NCBI RefSeq assembly: GCF_006345805.1
Contig: NW_021831727.1
Span: forward strand, 1-34,359
Direction: 5' to 3'
DNA: 34,359 nucleotides
DNA from: Octopus sinensis
Taxonomy: Eukaryota
Position 1 is the first letter of the stretch; every line of letters starts with the position of its first letter. Made by a program: the position numbers and the translations under genes. Shown piece after piece: positions 10,900-21,078 of this stretch. The notes beneath the pieces are model-generated. The model was not told where the DNA came from. It did no database searches and saw nothing but the letters and a program-made list of their open reading frames with translations.

Positions 10900-12530
10900 G
10901 CCTTGAAGGTTTTAATGGACCTCATCATGAATGTCGAGGACATTCGCGTTGTTCATTTTAATCAAAATGCAGAAAATAATTTTTTGATTTTTGGGGGAAA
11001 GGTTTTAAGGACTTCATCATGTAAGTCGAGGACATTGTAGTTGTTCATTTTAACCAAAATGCAGAAAATTTTTTTTTAATTTTTTTGGGGGGGAAGGTTT
11101 TAAGGACTTCATCATGTAAGTCGAGGACATTGTAGTTGTTCATTTTAACCAAAATGCAGAAAATTTTTTAATTTTTTTGGGGGGGAAGGTTTTAAGGACT
11201 TCATCATGTAAGTCGAGGACATTGTAGTTGTTCATTTAACCAAAATGCAGAAATTTTTGTTTTAATTTTTTGGGGGGGAAGGTTTTAAGGACTTCATCAT
11301 GTAAGTCGAGGACATTGTAGTTGTTCATTTTAACCAAAATGCAGAAAATTTTTTTTTAATTTTTTTGGGGGGGAAGGTTTTAAGGACTTCATCATGTAAG
11401 TCGAGGACATTGTAGTTGTTCATTTTAACCAAAATGCAGAAAATTTTTTTTTAATTTTTTGGGGGGGAAGGTTTTAAGGACTTCATCATGTAAGTCGAGG
11501 ACATTGTAGTTGTTCATTTTAACCAAAATGCAGAAAATTTTTTTAATTTTTTTTGGGGGGAAGGTTTTAAGGACTTCATCATGTAAGTCGAGGACATTGT
11601 AGTTGTTCATTTAACCAAAATGCAGAAAATTTTTTTTATTTTTTTTGGGGGGAAGGTTTTAAGGACTTCATCATGTAAGTCGAGGACATTGTAGTTGTTC
11701 ATTTTAACCAAAATGCAGAAATTTTTTTTAATTTTTTTGGGGGGGAAGGTTTTAAGGACTTCATCATGTAAGTCGAGGACATTGTAGTTGTTCATTTTAA
11801 CCAAATGCAGAAAATTTTTTTTTAATTTTTTGGGGGGGAAGGTTTTAAGGACTTCATCATGTAAGTCGAGGACATTGTAGTTGTTCATTTTAACCAAAAT
11901 GCAGAAAATTTTTTTTAATTTTTTTGGGGGGAAGGTTTTAAGGACTTCATCATGTAAGTCGAGGACATTGTAGTTGTTCATTTTAACCAAAATGCAGAAA
12001 ATTTTTTTTAATTTTTTTGGGGGGGAAGGTTTTAAGGACTTCATCATGTAAGTCGAGGACATTGTAGTTGTTAATTTTAACCAAAATGCAGAAAATTTTT
12101 TTTAATTTTTTTGGGGGGAAGGTTTTAAGGACTTCATCATGTAAGTCGAGGACATTGTAGTTGTTCATTTTAACCAAAATGCAGAAATTTTTTTTTTAAT
12201 TTTTTGGGGGGGAAGGTTTTAAGGACTTCATCATGTAAGTCGAGGACATTGTAGTTGTTCATTTTAACCAAAATGCAGAAAATTTTTTTTTAATTTTTTT
12301 TGGGGGGAAGGTTTTAAGGACTTCATCATGTAAGTCGAGGACATTGTAGTTGTTCATTTTAACCAAAATGCAGAAAATTTTTTTTTAATTTTTTGGGGGG
12401 GAAGGTTTTAAGGACTTCATCATGTAAGTCGAGGACATTGTAGTTGTTCATTTAACCAAAAGCAGAAAATTTTTTTTTAATTTTTTTGGGGGGAAGGTTT
12501 TAAGGACCTCATCATGTAAGTCGAGGACAT
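10900..12530. repeat. Tandem array of a ~93-bp unit, about 17.5 copies
   Basis: The anchor GAC(T/C)TCATCATG recurs 18 times from about 10918 to 12505 at 92-95 bp spacing. Internal differences are almost all T-, A- or G-run lengths. Confidence 0.97.
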
Positions 12531-12556
12531 CGTATTGCCAATTTGAAGTGGGTGTG

Positions 12557-12592
12557 CACACACAGACAGACAGACAGACAGACAGACACACA
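12557..12592 (+). repeat. (CA)/(CAGA)n microsatellite
   Basis: cacacacagacagacagacagacagacagacacaca, about 25 bp inside the Helitron-like 5' end at 12614. Confidence 0.9.
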
Positions 12593-12744
12593 CCATACCA
12601 TTTTATTATTAAGATTTATAAAGTTAAATTTTTGGGTTAATTTTTTTAGTTTTTAGGTTAATAAAGTTAAAGTTTTTAGGTTAAAATTTTTATTTTTCAG
12701 GTTAAAAAAAATCGCCCTAGTCATTATATAGCCTAAAATAATAG

Positions 12745-14986
12745 CCTTCTACGAACAGTGAGAATCCTGACCAAAAAAGCAAGAACGTAAAAGGTAAAAG
12801 ATACCAAAGGCACTATAAACATTAACTAATAATAGCCGATGGTTCCATGAATTACGGGACGAACTAGAAAGAACTCCTACAAGTAAAAAACTACTTATTT
12901 CATGACCAACAGCCCCAATTTTCACGACCAATACACCAAAGACCGAAAAAATGAAAAGCTCTAACCCAAATAAGCAAATTTAAAAAAATTAGTCGAAGAA
13001 TCTCAAGAAGCAGGCACCGAACAATTTCAAGGGTTTGACAAAGAAAATTTCGATTCAATCCCCTACAAGTATTTAAAATTAATTATTTAAGTAATTTGGA
13101 TTGGAATGATTCATCCAAGGACTGTTTTGTCGAAGGAACTGGTATTTATATATTTGTATGTTAGAAATGATTCTCCAACCATGTTACTACTGCAAAAAAA
13201 TTAAAGAAATGGTATTTTGACATTTTTTGTTAAAAATAGGTCCCGCCGTTGAAGTTGGGAAGACACAGTGACACAACTTTGGCACTTATGTTTTATTTGA
13301 ACACTCAAAATGAACTCCATTTGAATACAAGCATAGAATTGTAGTTTAGAGCTGTCAAAGTTGTTTAGATTTCGTAGGAATTGGAGATACAGTCAACCCT
13401 CTCTATAGTGAACCCTCTCTATAGTGAACAGGCCATATTAATGCAATCTACAATAACAAATATTAGTAATTCTCATTAATATATTTATTATAAAATGAAT
13501 ACCACGTTTAAAAATGTATAATATCATTTATTTCAATATTTTTGTGTTCACTATTAAAGAATAGTGAACGTCAAATTTTTGTGAACATAAAAATATTAAA
13601 TTTAATATTTTTACATATTAAAATGAATAAACTACACGTTCTACAGTTGTTAGCATGGTGGAAAATCGAAAACGCCTGTCATTTTTTCAAAAGAAGGAAA
13701 TAATCGAATTTTATCATAAAAATAGACATTACACACAGCGCGATTTATCTCTTTATTTTAATGTTTCTCTGGGCTGCATAAACAAAATTTTGAAAAATTC
13801 TGAAGGAATACTTAATGTTCAAGATGACCAAAAAAAGAAGAAAATTTACTTGCCCAAGTCTCAACCATTCGACAGAGATCTATTTGAATGGTTCGTTAAA
13901 AAATGATCATTTGGATTTACAATCAATGAATATCTTTTGAAGTCCATGTCTCTAAAAATGGCGAATTAATAATTTACAAGTGGAATACAAATCAAATAAA
14001 AAAGCATGGATGACATATTTCTCAGAATGGCTCATAGAATTGAACAAAAAAATGATTTTGCAAAAAAGAAAAATTCTAATTCTACTTGATAATGTGACTG
14101 TACACTCACGTGATTTAGAGTTCAGTAACATCGAACTCTTTTTTTTCCCTCCAAAACAACATCGAAGTTACAACCCCTTGATTAAGGAATAATAAAATCA
14201 TTCAAAGACAGGTATAGACAACTCCTATGTGCACACTTGATTGAATTTTATACTAATGATGACAATGTAGATCACGAAAAAGTTACGGAAAAGTTGAAGA
14301 AATTCACTCTATTGAATTGCTTGATATTCATAAATGAAGCTTGGTTAGAAGTGTCGGAATTAACAATTACAAATTATTTCAAGAAAGCATTTGAAAATGC
14401 GTTAATACAGAACCTGACAGAGTTCCGACACTATATGAAGCTAGTGAATATGCGAAGGCGCTTGAATTATGGTTTCTTGAGAATGATTATGAACAAAGAG
14501 GAAAAGTATACAAAATACAAAAAATTTTAAGAAATTATCAAACTAATCATTCTCAAAAAATCACCGATTACATGATTAAAATCTCTAAATAATCTTTGTA
14601 ATTATACTTTAATATTGTTTATTGTTATTTTGATTCCTTTTGTTCACTATAGACAATAGTGAACATGATGTTTTGACGTGGACATTTTGTTCATTATAGA
14701 GAGGGTTGACTGTACCACAAACCCAGCAAGTTTGGATAACCGGGACAAGCACAAAGACACAGGAATTGATCGCCAATAAACCGACAGAGTCGTTTACAGA
14801 AACATTTACTTACATAAATCCTAGTGAAATGAAAAAAGTATATTTTTGTGAAAAATTGTTTAGTTTAAAAAGGAATTTTTTATTAATTCGGAGACTTTGG
14901 AGTATATAATCTATTCGGATTTGTTGAAAGATAAGGGACCAACTGATGTTCATGAGGCAACTTCGGCCGCATTTAAACAATTTTAA
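12745..14986 (+). pseudogene. CNOT2: CCR4-NOT subunit 2 (NOT-box) gene, interrupted by a pogo/Tigger insertion; 5' end not found
   Basis: Introns 12794-12835, 12883-12912, 13069-13091, 13142-13164, 13212-13239, 13341-13368 and 14838-14863. With 13390-14714 removed the product reads PLKLGRHSDTTLALMFYLN...ELFRRNWRYHK(T)QQVWIT...KKFKKEFFINSETLE, matching the NOT2 domain (IKLGRY..DLLFYLYYMN...ELFNRDWRYHKEERVWIT...RKVAKEFHLEYDKLE). Three single-base homopolymer losses are needed (about 12778, 12980, 14720). Confidence 0.85.
13390..14712 (+). mobile_element. pogo/Tigger DNA transposon, both TIRs and TA target duplication intact, transposase defective
   Basis: TA|CAGTCAACCCTCTCTATAGTGAAC ... GTTCATTATAGAGAGGGTTGACTG|TA: 24-bp TIRs with one mismatch. 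ORF pieces 13655-14530 give an HTH, then KKAWMT, KILILLDNVTVH and IELFFFPP (DDE_1). Confidence 0.95.
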
Positions 14987-15244
14987 AAAATAATTTAGCT
15001 TTGAGTTTTTTTTTTTTGGCTGTAGATTAATTTTGTTTTTGTTCATTTTTTATCGTGATGTTAAGTAACAGTAATAATAATTTAGCATTTAACTATGCCT
15101 CTTTTTTATTTTGTTTTCTATTAAGTTATTAAGTATTAGACTAAATCGATTGTAAAAAATTGGTTCTTGGAACCTTCATTTAATCCTGTTCAGTTTATCT
15201 GGTGAACTAGCATTTTGTTACATTTGTTTATTAGGCTACACCCC

Positions 15245-15680
15245 CTCTCTTGTCACCTCAGTGCCGGCCGAATACCCAGACATGCGCCTTGAATGATATT
15301 GTCAAGCGTGCGCTCTACGCCGCTGGATTCCCTTCGGTCCTGGAGCCGGTTGGGTTAGACCGTGGTGACGGAAAACGTCCCGATGGGTCCACGCTATTCC
15401 CGTTCAAGGGGGAACTCGCTCTCGTTTGGGACGTCACCTGTGTCGACCCGTTTTCCTCGTCATCTCTCATCGACTCTGCCTTCCGCCCTGCTCAGCCTCT
15501 GCAAATGCCGAAACAAAAAAAATCACAAAGTATGCCTCATTGAAGAACACCTGCCTTTTCGTCCCTCTGGCTTTCGAGACGAGTGGGATAATCGGCTCAA
15601 AACCCCTGGAGTTCCTTTTGGAGACCGGCTTGATGATCTCAAGGAACTGCCTGTCTATTCGCTCGTTTTCTCAATCAAAG
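15245..15680 (+). mobile_element. CRE-like non-LTR retrotransposon 3' fragment (REL endonuclease)
   Basis: LNDIVKRAL...[16 protein letters not shown]...WDVTCVD...KITKY...FVPLAFETSG, with frameshifts. Confidence 0.85.
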
Positions 15681-15761
15681 AATTAACGCTACTTACTTGG
15701 CTAGCATCTAATTTTGTTTTTGAACTTTCTTTTAAAGGTAAAAATATTTGTTTATTCAAGG

Positions 15762-16025
15762 AGGATTCAACTGTTCTCAGTCTCAAGTTTCAAGGATTTT
15801 GAAGAATAAAGAAGAAATTATGTTATTGGCTGAATCAAATTGCACCAATTTGAGTCGCAAAAGATGACGCCATGGCAAAGAAAAGAACGTAGAAACTGCT
15901 TTGTCCGTCTGGTTTGGTCAAACCAGGGGGGAAATGTGCCAATTAATGGTCACATATTAACCCACAAAAGCTACTAGCTTTGCTAAAACTATGAAAATGG
16001 ATGACTTTATTCCCACTTCAGCCAT
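15762..16025 (+). pseudogene. pogo/Tigger transposase N-terminal fragment
   Basis: FNCSQSQVSRILKNKEEI (HTH_psq-type) and VETALSVWF...VPINGHIL...KATSFA (CENP-B-type HTH). Confidence 0.7.
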
Positions 16026-16108
16026 GTGATATAGGGATCATAAAAAGTCTAAAGCACAAGTACAGATTGACATTTTTACAGAGAGTGATTGTCATAATTG
16101 ATTCAGAC

Positions 16109-16935
16109 CAGTGATTCTCAACCGTGGTGCACCAATTTTGGTACATCAAAAATACTCGAATGGTGCATGAAAAGAAAATTGATACATGGTATTATATTTT
16201 TATTTTAGTGGAGACAAATCTAAGCCTTTTTTCATAATCTGCAAAAATAGTTCAATGAAATTGTCAAGATTAGCACACCATTTGAGAACTGAACATCCAA
16301 ATCTAGTCGAATCTTCGCATAAATATTTTCAAAAAATAAAAAAAACAAGATTGATGAACCTACTACCATTCAAAAGTTAATCACTCATCATGTTCTTGCA
16401 CAAAAAAGTATTACTTTTAACCTATTTCATAGATGGGCTACTTGCATCGTTGCGAATCGTTGCCGAATCGTTGCTAAAAATAATGCTACCCATGTTTCGG
16501 GTGAATCGTTAAAAATACCTTCTATCGCAGTTGTTTTACAAGATATGTTGGGACATAATCCATTTGAAATTTTACAAGTAGTGTGACCATTTTGATGTTC
16601 CTAGAATTTACCTTTGAGTATTCGTCGCCGAATTGATGAAATGGCTGAAAGCGTCAAAGGTTCCTAAAATATATTTAGAAAAACTGTTTTTTCCTTGCAC
16701 ATTGACGAATGTCTGGTATGTGATAATAAATCTATATTAAATGCCTATGTTAGGTAGGTATTTTAAATAATATTTTGTTTAGATTTTTGATGAACAAGTA
16801 GTTTTTGTGAAGAGGTTTTGTTTATCAGACCTTTGATAACAAATTCTACCGGAGAGTCAATTTTTAATGTATTGAAAACGTATTTTGAGGAAAAACAAAT
16901 TCCATTTTCCAATCACATGTGCTACAGACGGGGCA
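16109..16935 (+). mobile_element. hAT Buster/Charlie (ZBED5/SCAND3-like) element, left end plus degenerate transposase
   Basis: Starts CAGTGATTCTCAACC (Charlie-type TIR). Peptides SMKLSRLAHHLRTEH, RRRIDEMAE, FSLHIDEC, LFIRPLITNSTGESIF. Probable 29-nt intron at 16754-16782. Confidence 0.8.
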
Positions 16936-16959
16936 ATGGCCATAAAGATTTTTCGAAAA

Positions 16960-17340
16960 GCAAAAATCTTTATTACCTGGGAGCAACCATCAACTGTCGT
17001 GGCTCGTACGCAGATCATATATCAAATCAGAGAAAGAGGAGTGTGAGGATCCTAACAAGCTTAACCAGGTTCCATCTGGATCCGGAAACGTACATCTACG
17101 TATACAAAACGTGTGTGCAGCCAGTCCTCGCATATGGCTACGAGGGCTGGTACGGAGAAGAGTGACTACCTGATCAAACAGTTGAAAAAGACAAGACGTT
17201 TCGCTATAAAATTGGCTTACGGAGTACAACTCGACGGAAGGTTAAAAGACTCACAAGAATCCTCTGTGTCCACGATCCGGATGGTCTTGGAGAATTGTTG
17301 TCAACTACACTACAATTAGGGATACGCATGGAAAGAGACA
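16960..17340 (+). mobile_element. APE-type LINE 3' fragment (RT thumb region)
   Basis: YLGATIN...YKTCVQPVLAYG...KKTRRFAIKLAYG. Related to KTRRLALKVAF in the element at 27900-30450. Confidence 0.7.
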
Positions 17341-18503
17341 CTTCGGTGCCTTGTTTTTATCTCCTCGTTAATGATTTCTTTCTTGTTTTTCTTTTCGGTC
17401 AATAAATACAATTCTATTCTATATATTCATTGCGTATTACACCGCCATCAACTCAACTGGTTTCGGGAAAATGAAGAGGAAATAGAAAAATCGATTTCAA
17501 AAAATGAGAAATAGGATTTTTGCTAAACTTAATGAAATTCCTTGAAATTGCAGGGAAATTTTTGTAAGACTTGATTTCATCAGGAAGTCGGCAAAGATAT
17601 ATTCCATGAAGTCATGGAAGAATTTAGTAATATTGAAAATGAAATAGCGATGGATGTTGCTAATGAGGACGATGAATGTATCGGAATCATGTCCAATGAT
17701 GAAAACACAGAAAACACAAATTATAGAACAATTTGAACCAACCACCGAGAGGTAGACCACAATCTAATATGTGATAGTAACAAGTCTATTTTTTGTGACT
17801 TTGCAGTGAGCCACGAGACTTTTTCGGTGGATATATTCAGTACTCTGAGTCCCCAAAAAACAGAGAATGTGGCAGTTTGGGGTACCTTACAAAATGTCAA
17901 AAAATAAAAACTGTACGAGCTTTTCTCAAATGAAGTATAAATATATACATACTAGGAAAAAGATAAAACAAACAAAATATTTTATTCAATATGGGCAAAC
18001 TCAGACAAATAGAAAAAAACTGTCTTAGTCAAGTTGCAGTCAAAAGCTCGTCTGCGATCAAAAAATTAGAAAAAATCACCCACGATGACTCATAGGCACT
18101 ACACCAGCCGTATTCACTTCCTACTTTACAACCACTACCAAAGTGCCCAAGATGTATAATTTTTCGTAACTTTTTTCGGGAACGTGTCAGTATACAAACC
18201 ATTCCAGACAACATCCGAGTATTTTGCCTGAAATTAATATATGCAGGTCATTTTCGACAGTTGCAATAATGAAGATGGTCGTAAAAAATACTAAAAGAGA
18301 TGACTGTCATTGACAGCATGTGGGCCCCTCTTTAAAGCGTGAATAAAACGCAATGTTGGAAAGAATTTTCCAAAAAATATTATAGACATCTAATTCTATA
18401 CCATTTCAGGCTAAAAGTGGGTCTTACCAAGAGCAAAGTGGCACTTATCAATAGCAAAGTGATACAAAAAATAATTTCTGTATTTTTAAACAAAATGACT
18501 AAG

Positions 18504-19078
18504 CAACATTAAATAATACTCTTGAAGATCTGCTTGGTAGGGATCCGAAGGAGAGGCATCTCATATCCCGAGAATTATGGTCTGCTAGGAGCGACCTGTC
18601 AAGTAATCAAAATACTTATTAGATTTAACTTTCGAACAAATACTCAGGAAAGACATGAAGGAAATTCAGCCAAACCCGAACCGTTCTTCAACACAAATTG
18701 CATCAGTCCCCTTCAAACTCAATGTTGGCTTTCATTTATATTTGCTAGGACTTGATTAAAGTGGTTCCGGAATTGGATCAGGAGATTGAGAAATATTCAA
18801 AAAGCAACACTTTGGACTTTTTAATAATTCTGACTTGGTTTTTGGATGACTCAGGCTTTGAACGAGGAATAGTCGTACACCACAGTTGTTTGATGCGTAT
18901 GAATGAGGAAAGGGTGGTGATGTTTATTTTGCAGTTCGTTGACCGTCTTTGTAGTCGAATCAATCTTGGTCTGTCGATGAAATTCCCCACTTGTCTTGTT
19001 TTTAGACAAGAAGATCAGTCTAGTTCTAGAAAAGTGCTTTCTCCTATATTTTATGACATAATTCAATCTTTGAATTAA
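18504..19078 (+). CDS. PRUNE: PRUNE/PPX1-like exopolyphosphatase, C-terminal DHHA2 half only
   Basis: Introns 18603-18622 and 18724-18748 (possibly also 18480-18503 and 18914-18934). ARSDLSNLTFEQILRKDMKEI and FRQEDQSSSRKVLSP align to the PRUNE segments [21 protein letters not shown] and YHQGNTQVSRKKLLP. The DHH domain was not located. Confidence 0.65.
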
Positions 19079-19099
19079 TAAATTTCATTTTTGTAACCT

Positions 19100-20605
19100 A
19101 TTCTTAGAGGGGAGTTATGCCGACTTTCTTTTCTCCCTTTTTAATCATTTCCCGATTCATTCCCTTATTTCTTTTCTTTTTAAGCTTTTCACAGGTCCAA
19201 GATTTATTTGACGTTCCATTAATTTTGATTAAAAGAAAAATTTATGTACTATTTTAGAAAAGTTATTATATCGAAAGAGAAGAGATTGATTTGAGAAATC
19301 AATTGAGGAAGCCCGCTGCCTGTATGGAAAGCAAGTTCCCTCGGAGTATGGCTATTCCGATCCTTTGTCTTAGCCATACTCCTTCACGAGGATCATTCTT
19401 CTTTGTGGCGAGCATTCTTCCGAGTTCGCGCAAGAACTCGGCAGTCGCTGGGCCGACTGCTCCTGATGACTCAGCCGCAACAGGGGTGAATCTGTAGCGG
19501 TCCCCGAGGAAGGAATATTTTTTGGTTTTAAGGTTTTCCGCGATTGAGGCAGCTGCTCCAGGTGTCTGAACCGATTTAAGGAGATTCGTGCTTGAGTAAG
19601 TATCGACGCAAGTTGCGTCCCAGACCAAAGATCGTCCGGAGTTGAAAGGGAAAAGAGTCATCCCGTCAGGTCTCTTTCCATCACCTCGATCGAGACCCAC
19701 TGGTTCAAGCTGTGCTGGGAAGCCTGCAGCCTTCAGAGCTCTGACGATCACGTCGTTCAGAGCGGCGTGACGTGGTCCTCTTCCGGCGGATCTCCTGCAG
19801 GATAGCGGGTGCAATCCCTTCGCATCGACCGTTTTCCCGCAGCGGCATCGGTGCTCCTGGCAAACGTCTAGTCCAAGTCTTTGTCCGATTCCAATCCTCA
19901 AAGAATCGTCGTCCAAAAAAGTCCCGAGATTTGGGCAAGGGATTGCACCAAGCCATGCTCCGCTCCCTCCACTTGAGGCTGACACCAGGCAAGCAAGACG
20001 ATGTTGATTTGCTTCTTTTTTAAGCCCTTCTGAAATTTTGGAGCAGACAATGTTATCCCAGTTCCTTTGTTTCGTTGTGTCTTCGGGATTTTGAGTCCTG
20101 ACCCGTTCCAATCCCGGCAAGCTTCATCAAATGACTCATTCCAGCGAAGTCCAATAGTGTGACGAAGGACTTGCCGTGTCAAATGGTTGCAGCTTGAGAG
20201 AGACGAAAGATATGCCGGGTACGCGACCTCCAGCGCCGATCTTAGACCGACACCCCCAAATCCAGAGGGAAGCTTACATTGCTTCCAACCGAGTTCGTCG
20301 AAGCGGACGTTGATTAGTGACTCAACAGTTTGTTTGAGAGATTTGTCTATCGAAAGTAGACTGTCGTAATGTTCGTGGCAGGGTGAACTTCGCAGTAGGT
20401 ATAAAAGCTTGGGTAGTCCGATGTTGTTCTCTCATCAGGAAGAAGGATGTGTGAGAGTCGAGGCATGACAATCTTTTTGCGAGGCGAGATAATTCTTCAT
20501 TTTTAGAAAGTAGATGGTTCCTGAGTTCGTCTTCACTGAGTGGACATCCAAGGAAATATAGTTTATCGACTGGCACAGTCGGGATCCCGGGAAGCAGTTC
20601 GTTGA
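19100..20605 (-). mobile_element. CRE-like non-LTR retrotransposon, 3' part (RT end, CCHC, REL endonuclease)
   Basis: ORF 19299-20120: GAWLGAIP...LDDDSLRIGIGQRLG...CRCG...HPLSC...RHAALND...GKRPDG...WDATCVD...KTKKY. ORF 20322-20576 (LYFLGCPL) is the RT C-terminus. Confidence 0.9.
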
Positions 20606-21078
20606 AAAACTCCTGATTAAATAATTTTATCTACTACTATTGAGGTTCCACACAAATCAGCTACAAGACAGCGCATTTATAGCTCTAAATAGGTTTTGCA
20701 TTCAATTTTGCTTTGATCACATTTTCAATTCGCATTCGAATGGGTGCGACAAATCTTTCAAACTCCTGCTAGTCTGGAGCATCAGTATTTTCCTAATGAC
20801 GGGGCAATCAATAGAATATTTTCTATCGCCGAAACAACTTTAGAATGAATCTTGCACAGGAAGCCAACAACGTCGATAGATCGTTTGCAGAGAGGCAGAG
20901 AATGTGTATTGACAAGGTACTGTGACTAATGCTCCTTATTAATATTTATATCTTAACTGCCCTGTTTGCCACCTTAGAAAGTTTTTACATAATGGTAAAC
21001 TCGAACGACAAAAGAGGACTAATAAGTACTGAACAAATCGATATTAATTGATAACGAGTGATTAGTAAATAAGTCCCG

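Larger units (their letters stand above)
10302..12614 (-). mobile_element. Second Helitron 5' module (TC start, GTCT microsatellite, tandem array), contiguous with copy 2
   Basis: Minus strand begins A|TCTTAATAATAAAATGG followed by (GTCT)n, the layout typical of non-autonomous Helitron 5' ends. I found no CTRR 3' end of its own before 10301. Confidence 0.6.
8793..12719 (+). mobile_element. hAT-like TIR element, internally deleted, hosting the Helitron insertion 9817-12614
   Basis: Inverted ends TAGGGCGA (8793-8800) and TCGCCCTA (12712-12719), with AGGTTAAAA-type motifs near both ends. Removing 9817-12614 places the right end about 120 bp after the transposase stop. No clean 8-bp TSD (ATTTTTAT vs GTCATTAT). 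Confidence 0.55.

Noticed and set aside
11021-11040. GTAAGT...TAG 20-mer in each array unit resembling a mini-intron on the plus strand
   Set aside because: Removing it leaves 73 nt per unit, which keeps no frame, and both edge units lack the complete motif. Probably chance.
10900-12530. CRISPR array
   Set aside because: Units are contiguous with no unique spacers, the context is eukaryotic, and there are no cas genes.
13392-14730. Removal of the Tigger from CNOT2 mRNA as an intron (GT at 13392 to AG at 14730 keeps the frame)
   Set aside because: It would delete conserved HKxxx residues and require a 1.3-kb intron with a weak donor in a genome of ~25-nt introns. Not supportable without cDNA.
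17749-17830. VDHN peptide as the missing PRUNE DHH motif
   Set aside because: Surrounding residues do not match, and the frame is closed upstream with no suitable splice sites.
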